This document shows, one piece after another, positions 40,696-51,847 of a stretch of 64,000 nucleotides of DNA; within the stretch, counting starts at the first letter, position 1, and each line of letters begins with the position of its first letter. Under the pieces are notes generated by a model that was not told the DNA's origin, did not search any database, and saw only the letters and a list, made by a program, of their open reading frames with translations. Position numbers and translations under genes: made by a program. The stretch comes from Utricularia gibba (lineage: Eukaryota > Plantae > Magnoliophyta), in contig CM007992.1 in the NCBI GenBank assembly GCA_002189035.1, positions 1,054,001 to 1,118,000 of the forward strand, given 5' to 3'.

Positions 40696-43600
40696 CTCGG
40701 TCGCAGCCCTGCGTGGCGGAAGACGGCGGAGCTCGAGATTCAGAGAACAGATGCTCGAGTATAAAAAGGAGAGAATTGGGTTCCAGGGTTTTCAACTTAA
40801 CCGCCACAATCCAAAAGTAGCAACATTAGGAAAAAAAAAATATTCTTTTCCTTTTTTTTTCAATTTTCGTCACCTTCATCATTTTGAAATTTCTACCTTA
40901 GTTCATGTTGATTCCATCCCACTAAAATTTCTCTACACAAAGTAATTAACCAATTTAATTAGTTTACTCTTTACCTAAGTTCGGAAATGAAAAAACGAAC
41001 AATATCATATAACAAATATCAATAGCTTCTGAAGCTTTTCAAATTTGAACTGTGTAATGCAATGTGAATTAATAAAGAAGTGTGACTTTAGTTTTGTTTT
41101 GTGTTGTAAAGCAAAATCTCCCCTACTACTCCTCCCAAGCTTTTGTGGAGTACAAGATTGTCCTCATTCCCTCTCCTCTTGTTCTTCTCAATTGTTCAAT
41201 AATAAGGGCAAATATGTCACTTTTGTCTAAATTGATGCTTATAATACAATACATACATTAACAATTTATTGATACAAATAACGTGAAATTATAATATGAT
41301 TTGGGCATTAAGAAAATCAAATGATACAAATTGTCAATTTTCAAAAAAAAAAAAAACATGTTTTGCCATTTGCCCACATTCTAAACACGAACATTGCATG
41401 CAAACAACATAAACATGACAATAAGTAGGATTCTATTTAAAATAGTTCCTGAAAAATACTATATAAACAATTTTGTTATCAAATATGAATGAATTTTATT
41501 TCAAAATGAATAAAAATTTATAATCGTTTCTTATTTTTAAAAGACAACATAAATACAATTTATATTTTATTATAATCATTTTTCGAATTCGAGAATTAGA
41601 ACCAAATAGAGACTAATTATTCCCATTTTCTAAGAGTAGGGTGACGAGAAATGTTCCTTCGGTGATGCCAAACGACCCACTCCCACGTCGTTTTGAATCA
41701 ACATGACTTGTTGCTTATTACAGCGCAATACAAGATTCTCAGACAAGCCCTAAAAGGGAAGTGCAGTGTTTCACTTAACCAAAGGGTAGAGCCGTAATTA
41801 CACATCTTTCTTGAAGGAGAATATGTTCTTCCTTCTTTGTGACCTAAAGCCAAGATTCCTTCTTCAACTGCTCAAAACAACTCAGGGCTAATTACTTTAT
41901 TAACCCTAGCATTTAAAGGAATTAATTCAAATTTCCTTTTTTTTTTTAGAGGGAAATTAGGGTGAGTGTGCTTCCTTATACCACAAGCATCATGGAATTT
42001 ATTCCAAAAAGAAAATGAATATATTCTCCTCTCCCCCTTTGAGTTGAACTGGTGGGCCCCTGTCCACCCTTGCCTTTGCTTTTTACTCCCTTTGCCCATT
42101 CTCCCTTATTTACAAATTCGATCGATATTATTGTTGAGGATGGTGGGATTTCTATGAACTGGTATTTGAAGATTCAAAGATGCCACAATCCCTCTAAGAC
42201 AATATCCATGCAAACGCAGTCTAAAAGGGCAGCTGGTGATGACTCATGAGTGTCGTATTTTATGTGTTATTCATCCGTATTGAAATTAAGGAGTAGATGG
42301 ATGGGACAAGTATACTGATCTCAAATACATAAAAAATGTGAATTATATTTAAAAAGATTAGATTATTACCAATCTTTTGTATATTTGATCATATCAATTT
42401 AATTTTATGATGTGGAATTATTTATTCTAATACTCACCCTAAACTCAAATTGTCCTTTGGTCCAATTAATACTTCGTTTTTTGTGATTGTAGATAATATA
42501 ATTAGATTTAATTTTTATCATCTAATTTTAATGTATCTTCTTATTTTTTTAACCAAAATTTAAATTAATGCATGGACTCATTTTGGATACTTAAGATGTG
42601 TTGCAAGTCAAATACTCCAATGCCGTGTTAAAATTAAAGATCTGATATCGAATGATTACATATGAAATCTAAGTAAATAAAAAACATAAATAAAATTTGA
42701 AAATATTATACTCAATCAATTATTAATAATTTATAATCTTTTATATATTTGATCATTTCAATTTAATTTGTTCAGATATAGAATTTTATTTGCTCTAATA
42801 ATCGAGAGTTAATTTCAACACAAAAACCAGAGTGGTGGGATTGTTGTGCATGAGTTCAATGAAGAAACGATGATGAGCTGTTAATTTCATGGTGAACCGG
42901 TTTGGGGATCTGAAACCGGCTATCCGACAGACCCGGACCCGATATGTCGATGAAACAGTACGAAATTTGCACACCAGCCTCGAAAAGATAGATTGGTTTC
43001 GGGTGTTGGCATCAGATTCGTTGCTCTCTTGTTCTATCTCTTGATTTTGCTTTTATTTTTTTGTTTGAAAAAAAGAAGAAGATAGAAAGATGGGGGGAGA
43101 ATATCCGAAAGGTGTGCGGCATTTGTCACCTGGGGACGATGACAAATCTTCACGCATTTAAGAGCAGGAGCCTTTTGTACTACGAGAATTTCAGACAACG
43201 CATTTGAATTCAGATGCTTTGTTGAATCCTTCCTGTCTGTCTGTCTGTCTTTCCTCGTCGTCTGCGTTCTTCAGAAAGGAAACAGGAAGACAGAAGCAGA
43301 AGATCCCATCTCAATAATCCAGTGGATAAAAATTACAAATGGTGTTTAATACTAATCTCAATATTTTTGAAATTAAACCTAATTATATACAAAACATGAA
43401 TTACATTAGAAAATATTAGGTCAAATTGATTACAAGTAATCTATAATTTCTTCTATACTTAATCATTTTAATTTAATTTTCTGAGATAGAATTTTTTTGT
43501 TCTAATAGATATAAAATAATGGCAACGTTTTGAAAAATTACTTCAAAATTAATTTTCACAGAACTGAAAATTCTATAAAAATTTATATTTGTTTAAAAGT

Positions 43601-44066
43601 ATTTTTTAAATGATTATTATAAAATTGATTGGATGGAAAAAAATAAATAAATTATAAATAAATTACATATTTACCTATTGATTAATAATCATATTTTATA
43701 AAATTATTTACATAAAACATATTATAAATATCAATATTTATCAAACTCTTAACTAATATTATTAAATTAGTATTTAATTTAAAAATGATATTAATTATAA
43801 TTCTGTATTAATAAATGAGTATAATAGTAAATTAATTTGATAAAATAAATTCTTAAAAATAATTTTATATTAGAAGCTACACATTCATGTTTCTCAGAAA
43901 ATTGAATTGATTCTCAAAAATCAATGTTACAAAAATATAATCAGGTACACATTTGGAAGGTAGAATCAATTTTATAGTAATATAATTAAATTTAGTAGAA
44001 TGGAAGTAGTTTACAAGCGTAATCAATGGTATTAAGAAGGGAAAGAAGATTAAAGAAGAGTTATCG

Positions 44067-44739
44067 GTGAGATTCTCTATCTCTATGTTCTTCGAGTTGT
44101 TTTGTCGACATTGAAATCTTACAATTAGTATTTTTGGTTCTTTACCCCTTATTTCTCAATGTCATCTTTTGATATGAAGTTACAATGATTAAAAATTATT
44201 CTCTTACATAATCAAAATAAAAAATCATTGCGATTCTCTAAATCTGCATTCTCTAAGTTTTTATGTCGACGTTGAAATCTCACAATGAGTATTTTTGGTT
44301 CTTTGCAGCTTATTTCTCAATGGCATCTTTTGATATGAAGTTGCAATGTTTAGTAACTATTATCTTACATGTCGACAATGAAATCTTACAATGAGTATTT
44401 TTGGTTCTTTGCGCCTTATTTCTTAATGTCATCTTTTGATATGAAGTTGAAATGATTAGAAATTGTTTTCTTACATAATCAAAATAAAGAATCAGTGCGA
44501 TTTTCTATCTATGCGTTCTCCGAGTTGTTACGTCGCCATTGAAATCTTACAATGAGTATTTTTGGTTCTTTGCGCCTTATTTCTTAATGTCATCTTTTGA
44601 TATGAAGTTGAAATGATTAGAAATTGTTTTCTTACATAATCAAAATAAAGAATCAGTGCGATTTTCTATCTATGCGTTCTCCGAGTTGTTACGTCGCCAT
44701 TGAAATCTTACAATGAGTATTTTTGGTTCTTTGCGCCTT
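44067..44739. repeat. Tandem array of a 161-bp unit (~4 copies; one unit has a ~55-bp deletion)
   Basis: The anchor GAAATCT(T/C)ACAAT recurs at 44113, 44274, 44380, 44541 and 44702 (spacing 161, 106, 161, 161). Units 44380-44540 and 44541-44701 are identical; the upstream units are diverged. Confidence 0.95.
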
Positions 44740-45749
44740 ACTTCATCATATATTTAAAGAAAATTCTTTAAATTTCAGATTTACTTACACCTGCCAAGAG
44801 AATGCAAAAATAATATATATTCTCTGTTTTTTTTAAAAAAAAATTAATTATGCAATCAAATAAATACTTATTTATTTTCCACCGAAGTCTATCAGTAGTT
44901 AATATTGCTTCTCTAGAATACCCCATCCTCATCACATTTCAAAATTTGCATTCAAATGATTTTAAATGAAAAATACTTCATAAGGATTTATGTTTGTATT
45001 CAAATCAAAAAAATGAGAATGGATAATAATAATAGTAATAATAATAAACAGATAAAATAAAATCTTATAATATAGTTAACTAAAAACATAACAAGATTAA
45101 ACTGCGAGTTGACGTTTTACATTTCAATGAAATTTTACCAAAATTTTGGATTTCAGATTTTTTTTTTCAAAATGAAATATTGCCAAATTTTTCCCAAAAT
45201 TATTCTGCTAGAATGAAATGAGAAATTTTTCCAAAATTAAAACATTGGTGCAATTACCAACAATAGATGGGCGGGCCTCAAGCAACATAAAATTGTTTTC
45301 AGTCGAGTAAACATTTTTCATATAAAAAAACGGTTAAAATGGGATATTTTTTTCTTTTTTTTTTAATATTTGGTTTCCAGGGGCGTTAGGCAAAACATTA
45401 CAAGAATAGATAACCAACTTCTCTGAATTTTCCAACGAGCTGATGTTTTAAAATCAGCAACTTCCATCTCTGTGTCGTTCTACTGTGGGTGCAGTATACT
45501 TTCTTTTTTTCTTTCAATTTGATCTGAAGTTGGTTCTGTTCATTTTTTATGTGGTGGATCCTTCCTTACGTAGACAGCTTCTGTTAAAGCTCCAATGAGC
45601 ATGGCATGGCGGCTGGCGCCGTTTTATTCAACACAGGAAGAAGACATAGACAATCATTCATATACCGCACACTCAGCGACGACTTATTCAGTTTAAAAAC
45701 TCAAAGGAACGCCACTCAGAAGAACTCACAGTTCAGGGAATGATCCAAT

Positions 45750-46214
45750 CTACCACCAAGGAACCCAGAGAGTAGCAGTCGCGTTCGCAGGCTTCGTCTG
45801 CGGCGGAGCTAACCCGTTATTCGTAGCGAAGAGTGCAGAATTGGCACCCCCTCTGGAGACATTCATGGAGGCGCAACTTGTGACCGGAAACCGGATGCTC
45901 AGACCGCAAGGGAGCAGCCCAACCGGCGGGATGGGGAGGGACACATCGGAGAGACTACTGGCAGACACTTGCAGGCTGAACCTCCCGCTGGCGTCGGTCG
46001 AGTTCGCGCCCACGGTGATCTCGGTGAAGTTCTTCGTGATGCACTTCAGAGTCACCGTCTGGCCGACGAGAGGCGGCGAATTGAAGAAGCAGTTTCCGAC
46101 GTTGCTGCAGCATACTTTGGCGGTCACGTTCAAGGCGTACGCTTCGGCTGTTGGGAGCGCGAGCGAGAGAAGCAGAACTGCTGCTCCCACCATGAAGATC
46201 TTCCCATGCGCCAT
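45750..46214 (-). CDS. Secreted phylloplanin / pollen Ole e 1-like protein, copy A (154 aa, intronless)
   Basis: Signal peptide (MAHGKIFMVGAAVLLLSLALPTAEA), V-C-C-S-N-x-G-N, TVTLKC, STDASGRFSL, PC-x-L-x-I-x-FP-x-TSC. This spacing resembles the phylloplanin/Ole e 1 pattern (VFCSxNG...VQLxC...TNGSGxFS...CxLxVxTPLSTC). Six Cys, five N-glycosylation sequons, TATA box ~80 bp upstream. Confidence 0.75.
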   Translation of the reverse strand: MAHGKIFMVGAAVLLLSLALPTAEAYALNVTAKVCCSNVGNCFFNSPPLVGQTVTLKCITKNFTEITVGANSTDASGRFSLQVSASSLSDVSLPIPPVGLLPCGLSIRFPVTSCASMNVSRGGANSALFATNNGLAPPQTKPANATATLWVPWW

Positions 46215-46293
46215 TTTCTCTTCTTCTTCCCACTGCTTGCTGCTTACTTCCTGTGTATGTGTCTGTGTTGTGAGAGGCGAGGACGATAACTTC

Positions 46294-46301
46294 TATTTAT
46301 A
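46294..46301 (-). promoter_or_regulatory. TATA box (TATAAATA) of secreted-protein copy A
   Basis: TATTTATA on the plus strand, ~80 bp upstream of the ATG at 46214; conserved in copy B. Confidence 0.7.
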
Positions 46302-49300
46302 ACCACACTCCATTGCCTTACAATTTATTTTATTACAAAAGTCAAAAGGTTTAGGGAAGAAATGAAACCATGCACAACTAAAAAAATATATCCTTAAAAG
46401 GAAAGAAAATTAATTAAATTTTAAGTCATATGTTTTAAAATAAAACAGATGTTGATAGGATGAATTTGAAAAATAATCATTCTACTTTAAGTGTGTATTA
46501 AAAACAACAATCCTGTATGAGAAAATGTTAGTATCATTACTTTTAAAAAATGGTCGATGTTAATATGAATTTAAAATTATGAATTAAATCGAATAAATTT
46601 TATAAAAAAATAAGAAAATTGGAAATTTTATATTCAATTTATTTTTTAATATTTTATAATTTCTAATTAATACAATTAAACATTAATTTAACCTAATTCA
46701 ATTCGTTGTAAAAAGAATTCAATCATGATTAAATTAAAAAAATGGGTAGATATATTTCTAAAATATTATGTATAAGTGTTTGAAATTAACTTTAAATTAT
46801 TTGGTACAAATAAAACGAAAAAAATCCACTTTTTTTATTTTAATTCTGTTTATAATTAAACCATTTTTTTAAAAAAAAATACTTACCCCATTTATTTAAT
46901 TATTGAATAAAATAAATTCCATATTTATTGTGCTTCAAAAATGAAGTAAAAGAAAACTAAGGATCTTACAGCCTAAGAATGAGCTACTTTCTTCTTTGGT
47001 TTCTTTAATCACATTATCTCCTTATCGTCAACTCATGCCCATCGATTCTTAAATCACATTATCGCATCACGGTGGACCACGTTTTTTTAAAAAAAAACAT
47101 TGATAAAATAAAAAATGATAATTTAAAAAATTTTAAAAATAAGAAAGCTTTCTAAATTTCTGTTTTTATAACATTCATATTTAATAGTAAAAATAATTTT
47201 GAAATATTTACCTAAAAATATAAGGAACCGTTTGGAAATCAGTTCAATTCAATGAAAATCAATTATATCTTCGTAGAATTGATTCTATTTTTCAAATGTA
47301 TTTCTAATTCTATTATATGATAATTGATATAAAATTTATTTTGATAAATGAATTTAATATTATACTCAATTGCTAATAAAAAAATTACAATTACTCTAAA
47401 ATAAATACTAATTTACATTTTTTTATCAAAATTTCATTATAATAGAATGAGTATACAATTTTCAATTGACAACAAATAACCATTAATTTTAAGGATCAAA
47501 ATAAGAATTTAATTATATAAATATAACTATTAATAAGTATGAGTAAATATGTCATTAACTTATAAAAATCACATTTTATTTTTACACTTTAAAATCATTA
47601 CTTAGTTACAAAACGTGTAATTAAGATATGTTATTTAATATATAAAAGAATTCATATATAAAATTAATTACCCGGGCTTCAAGTTACTTAATTATCCTTT
47701 TATAAATAGTAACCTGCGTGGGATGGAATGGAGGAGGTACTTCCACGTGCCATTTTAAAAGTTAAATAAATTATGCTAATGTTTGATGCATTTATTACCA
47801 TTGCAGAAAATGGAAGATTAAAATTAAATGGTCGCATTCCCAGGTATGAAGGGTAAAAGAATTTTTTTAATAGTAGGTTTTTAAGTACAGATTAGGTTAA
47901 ATGAATTATATTATTTTATAATTAATTTTATGATTCAATGTGGTAAATCATTAAAAAAATAAATATACATATGTTTTAAGAGTATGAGAAATTTGAAATC
48001 ATATAAAAAATAGTATGTAAAATATAAATATAAAAACATATTTAAGAATATTATAATATACAAATGTCAAGATGCATGGTTTATTTGTATGATATTATCA
48101 TTTTTTTATATTTAAATCTCACGATATTACGTTTTTCTTTTTGGAAAAATAATTCTCGTATAAAATTAACAAAATTACTCTATTTAAACATGTGTTATAC
48201 TTAGCACGTAATCAATATGAGATATTGTCATTAACCCCCTAGTTTTACATTACATTATTAAAGAAAAAATAACTTTTCAACATCATTTAACATGATAGTA
48301 AATTCAATTCAGAAAATGAATAACCCAAATGAATCTTGGGTTTTCATAAATCCAATATTGTAGAATGAACTGTAGCAGCATGATTTAAAAGATGATAATA
48401 GTTTCAATCCAAATAATGAACGATTCGGAATTGAATAGAGTTTAATTGAATCTTAGGTTATAAAAAAATACAATATTATAGAATAAGCTCTAACCATATG
48501 ATTTAAAAGATGGAAGGATTGCTACGTGAAGAAGATAGTGGACTTGGATCAAATTGCTCTTGTACCTAAAGATCCTATTTTGGTGAACCAAGTAATAGCC
48601 CAATGACAAGGTCCAATCAAGCAGCATGTTAAATTAAAATAATTACTGTAACCCAGTTCAAAACAATGGAAGAACAATTTAGCTCCAAATCCAATGTTTT
48701 AACGGCTACTTTTCTAGTTATTACCATACCTCTATAAATATGAAGTGAATTTGAAAAGTAAACATTCTATTGTTACTGTATATGAAAAATAGTCATACTA
48801 AATATAAAAATTTGGTATTAATGTGTGATTGAAAATGTCAGTATGATTATTTTTCAAAACTGTCCTATAGATATGTGTCTCTTATCACTTTGTAAATTAA
48901 GATTTTGTACTACAATATAAAAGATTAGCTCAAAGCGTTCAAAACTCTGCTACATCAAAATTCCAAGTTAGGGAACTACATGTTCACAGAGGTTCCAATC
49001 AAAGTAACTACAAAAAACTTACATGAACCTCATTGAAACCCAGCATCATAAATTTGTTTTTTTGATAAGTTAATATTTTTTTTATATAAGAAACGGTTAA
49101 AAAGATGGGGGGATTTTTTTTTCTATTTTTAGTTTGTATTACCAAAATATGATATTTATGGTTTACGCCGAAACACGTTCAAAGTATATATTAAATAATG
49201 GAATGTTTTGCTACATTAAAAAATGTAATAGATTTGAGTTGTTTATTCAATAATTATTTGTTTATTTTATTTTATTTTTTAGGTAAAGTGGAATTTTTGT

Positions 49301-49597
49301 CTCCTACAATCTTTTAAAAGTCTCACCATTTTCCTAGAGCTCAATTTAAAATAATTTCATATCGAAAATTAAATTAAAATAATCAAATATATAATAAATT
49401 ATATTTAGCTTGATTTTTGGTAAACCTCCGCTTTATTCAACACGCTTTATTCAACACGGGAAGAAGAAGACATAGACAATGATTGAGACACCGTACACCT
49501 CCACAGCGTGCCTCCACTGGGTACACCGCAGCAAAGACTTACTCAAAGGAACGCCACTCACAGAGGCTCACATCACAGTTGATGGACATGATCAAAT

Positions 49598-50065
49598 CTA
49601 CACCCAAGGAACCCAGACAGTAGCACTAGCCTTCACAGTCATCGGCAGCGCCGGAATTAACTCGTAATTGGTGACGCTGATTTGCGACTTGATACCCCAG
49701 GAGGAGACATTCACAAAGGGGCAACTTGTGAACGGAAACTGGATGTACAGCCAGCATGGGAGTGCCACAGCGGGCGGGATGGGGAGAGTAACATTGGAGA
49801 GACAACTGGGAGCCACTCGCATGCTGAGCGTCCCGGTGGCGTCGGTCGGGTTTTCGCCGACGGTGATCTCGGTGAAGTTCTTCGTGATGCACTTTAGAGT
49901 CACCGTCTGGCCGACGAGAGGCGGAGAAAGGAGCGACCAGTTTCCGATGTTGCTGCAGCATACTTTCGCGGTGACGTTCAAGGCGTACGCTGCTTCGGCT
50001 GTTGGGACCGCGAGCGAGAGAAGCAGGACTGCTGCTCCCACCATGAAGACCTTCCCATGCGCCAT
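49598..50065 (-). CDS. Secreted phylloplanin / pollen Ole e 1-like protein, copy B (155 aa, intronless)
   Basis: Paralog of 45750-46214 with the same signal peptide and core. Intact ORF ending WVPWV*. Confidence 0.75.
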   Translation of the reverse strand: MAHGKVFMVGAAVLLLSLAVPTAEAAYALNVTAKVCCSNIGNWSLLSPPLVGQTVTLKCITKNFTEITVGENPTDATGTLSMRVAPSCLSNVTLPIPPAVALPCWLYIQFPFTSCPFVNVSSWGIKSQISVTNYELIPALPMTVKASATVWVPWV

Positions 50066-50147
50066 TTTTCTCTTCTTCTTCCCACAGCTTGCTGCTTACT
50101 TGCTGTGTATGTGTCTGTGTTGTGAGAGAGGCGAGGACGATAACCTC

Positions 50148-50155
50148 TATTTATA
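50148..50155 (-). promoter_or_regulatory. TATA box (TATAAATA) of secreted-protein copy B
   Basis: TATTTATA on the plus strand, ~83 bp upstream of the ATG at 50065. Confidence 0.7.
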
Positions 50156-50447
50156 AGCAAACTCCATTGCCTTATGAAAGTCAAAAGGATTAGGGAAGAA
50201 ATGGCACGCTAAAGTATTTAAATCATGATACCACGCACAACTATAAAAAAATATTTCTCTAAGAGAAAGGGAAATTTACATAAAATTTAGTTTATATGAT
50301 TTAAAATACATAAATCTAATCATCTTTAAAGAATATTTTAAATTCAATAAGCCTTGTAAAAAAAAATCAATTATGAGCCTTTGAATTTTAACTTTAAATT
50401 ATTTGATAGAAATAAAATACACGAATCCACTTTTCTTATTTTTCACA

Positions 50448-51847
50448 TGATACGAAATGTAATGACACACATTTCTTACACATAATATTATACATTTAGA
50501 TATTCAATCTTCACAATTTTATGTTTTTTCTTTTTTTATGTTATAAAATTAGGAAGTTTAATAACAAAATCATGCGTTTTAATTATAATTTTCAATATTT
50601 TGTTAAATTAAGTATTATTTGTATTTTTATACGTAATATGAATTAAACCATCAATTTAATTCATATTATGATTTCTAATGTATTTCTAAATGTTAATAGC
50701 AGTATTATGGATCAGATTTAATTACTTTGAATATACAAAGTCGACATAACACAATACTCAACGAGGGGATATGATGGATTGATTAAGCTGCTTGAAGCGT
50801 ACAAGTGGGCTAGGAATAGTGCGAATGTCAGCAACATTATCATATTGAAAAATGGGAAGGACAAAAGGGGAGATATTTTTGGAGAAAAAAAAAAAGAGAT
50901 AACAAAGAGACCAATTGCGAGAAGAAGGATGAAGGAGACGATTTAGAATGAGATTTCAACTAGAAGCTCTTCCAATGCTGAACCCAAATTTGTGTTACTG
51001 TTTCGAGCTAGAAACAGTAACTAACGACCAATGCAGAACTGAACTCTATTTTCTTTATGTATTATGAACATTTATGTTTGTTATTTTAGTTTCAAAGTTG
51101 TGACTATGAACATGCGTTTACTTTCAGTTTATGAAGTTGAGTTGCTTAATTTATTTATGAGTAGCTAAGATAGTTGTGGTCCTTTGAAAAATAAAAGGGA
51201 AATGTATATAGTTTTGGTTTAGGGTTCGAAACTTGGTAGTGAGTCTTTTCTCAATATTTCAAGATAGATTCAGAAGAAATAAAAGAGGAATAACATCTAA
51301 CTTAGATAATTCAACTTATAGGTAAATCAGAGGATTGATATGTAGATATATAAGTATATTTTCTTGAACAAATATCCATAAGATCGGATAGATCTAGTTT
51401 TATTTACCTTACTATATGCCAGACCTAAGTATAAGAGTGGTTTAGGAAATTTAGGAAAATTAAAACTGAAACTCATAAAGGTTAGTCTTGGTACACCAAG
51501 AGAATTTCGAGTTAGTTAATATTTTTGAGTTTTAAGATCAAAAATCACATTAATACATTTCCCTAAAATCTTGAGGCACTCAAATTTTATTTTTATTTTA
51601 TTTTAAGTTTTAGTACTTGCTCTGTTGCTTTATATAATTTCATATTTTATTGTTTACTTGAAGTTAATTTTAATTAGAACTTAAACTGAAATTATTTTAT
51701 AATTTTTTATATTATTTTCATAGAATAAGCATCAACTTATTTTGTTCAACCCCATAATCCATTATATATTTTGTATTGAATTTGTATTTCGTGAGAATTA
51801 AGTATTATAAATTTATTTGATACGAAAATTCATTTTTCACCCAATCA
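50448..51847. mobile_element. Probable solo LTR (Ty3/gypsy Athila/Tat-like), ~1.4 kb
   Basis: Absent from duplication copy 1. Starts TGATACG and ends CCCAATCA (TGAT...ATCA inverted ends). TCACA lies at 50443-50447 and again at 51845-51849, overlapping the end. No coding capacity. Confidence 0.5.

Larger units (their letters stand above)
45280..48512. repeat. Tandem segmental duplication, copy 1 (boundaries approximate)
   Basis: Blocks shared with copy 2: AAACGGTTAAAA (~45330 vs ~49090), the gene and its promoter (45600-46400 vs 49430-50260), CAGCCTAAGAA.GAGCT.CT.TCTTCTTTGGTTT (46971 vs 52036), and a ~270-bp block CAACAT.ATTTAACATGATAGTAAATTC...TATAGAATAAG (~48278-48512 vs ~52836-53070). Confidence 0.85.

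Noticed and set aside
43020-43310. miR156/157-like fragments (GACAGAAG; TGCTTCTGTC) and a weak hairpin
   Set aside because: Only 8-10 nt match, and there is no full mature sequence or miRNA/miRNA* duplex.
44067-44739. Tandem array as a CRISPR-like repeat-spacer structure
   Set aside because: The units are contiguous with no unique spacers, the context is eukaryotic, and there are no cas genes.
47800-47850. Isolated CAG|37 nt|GTATG exon-like cassette
   Set aside because: No partner exons, ORF or recognisable homology; such motifs are common by chance in AT-rich DNA.
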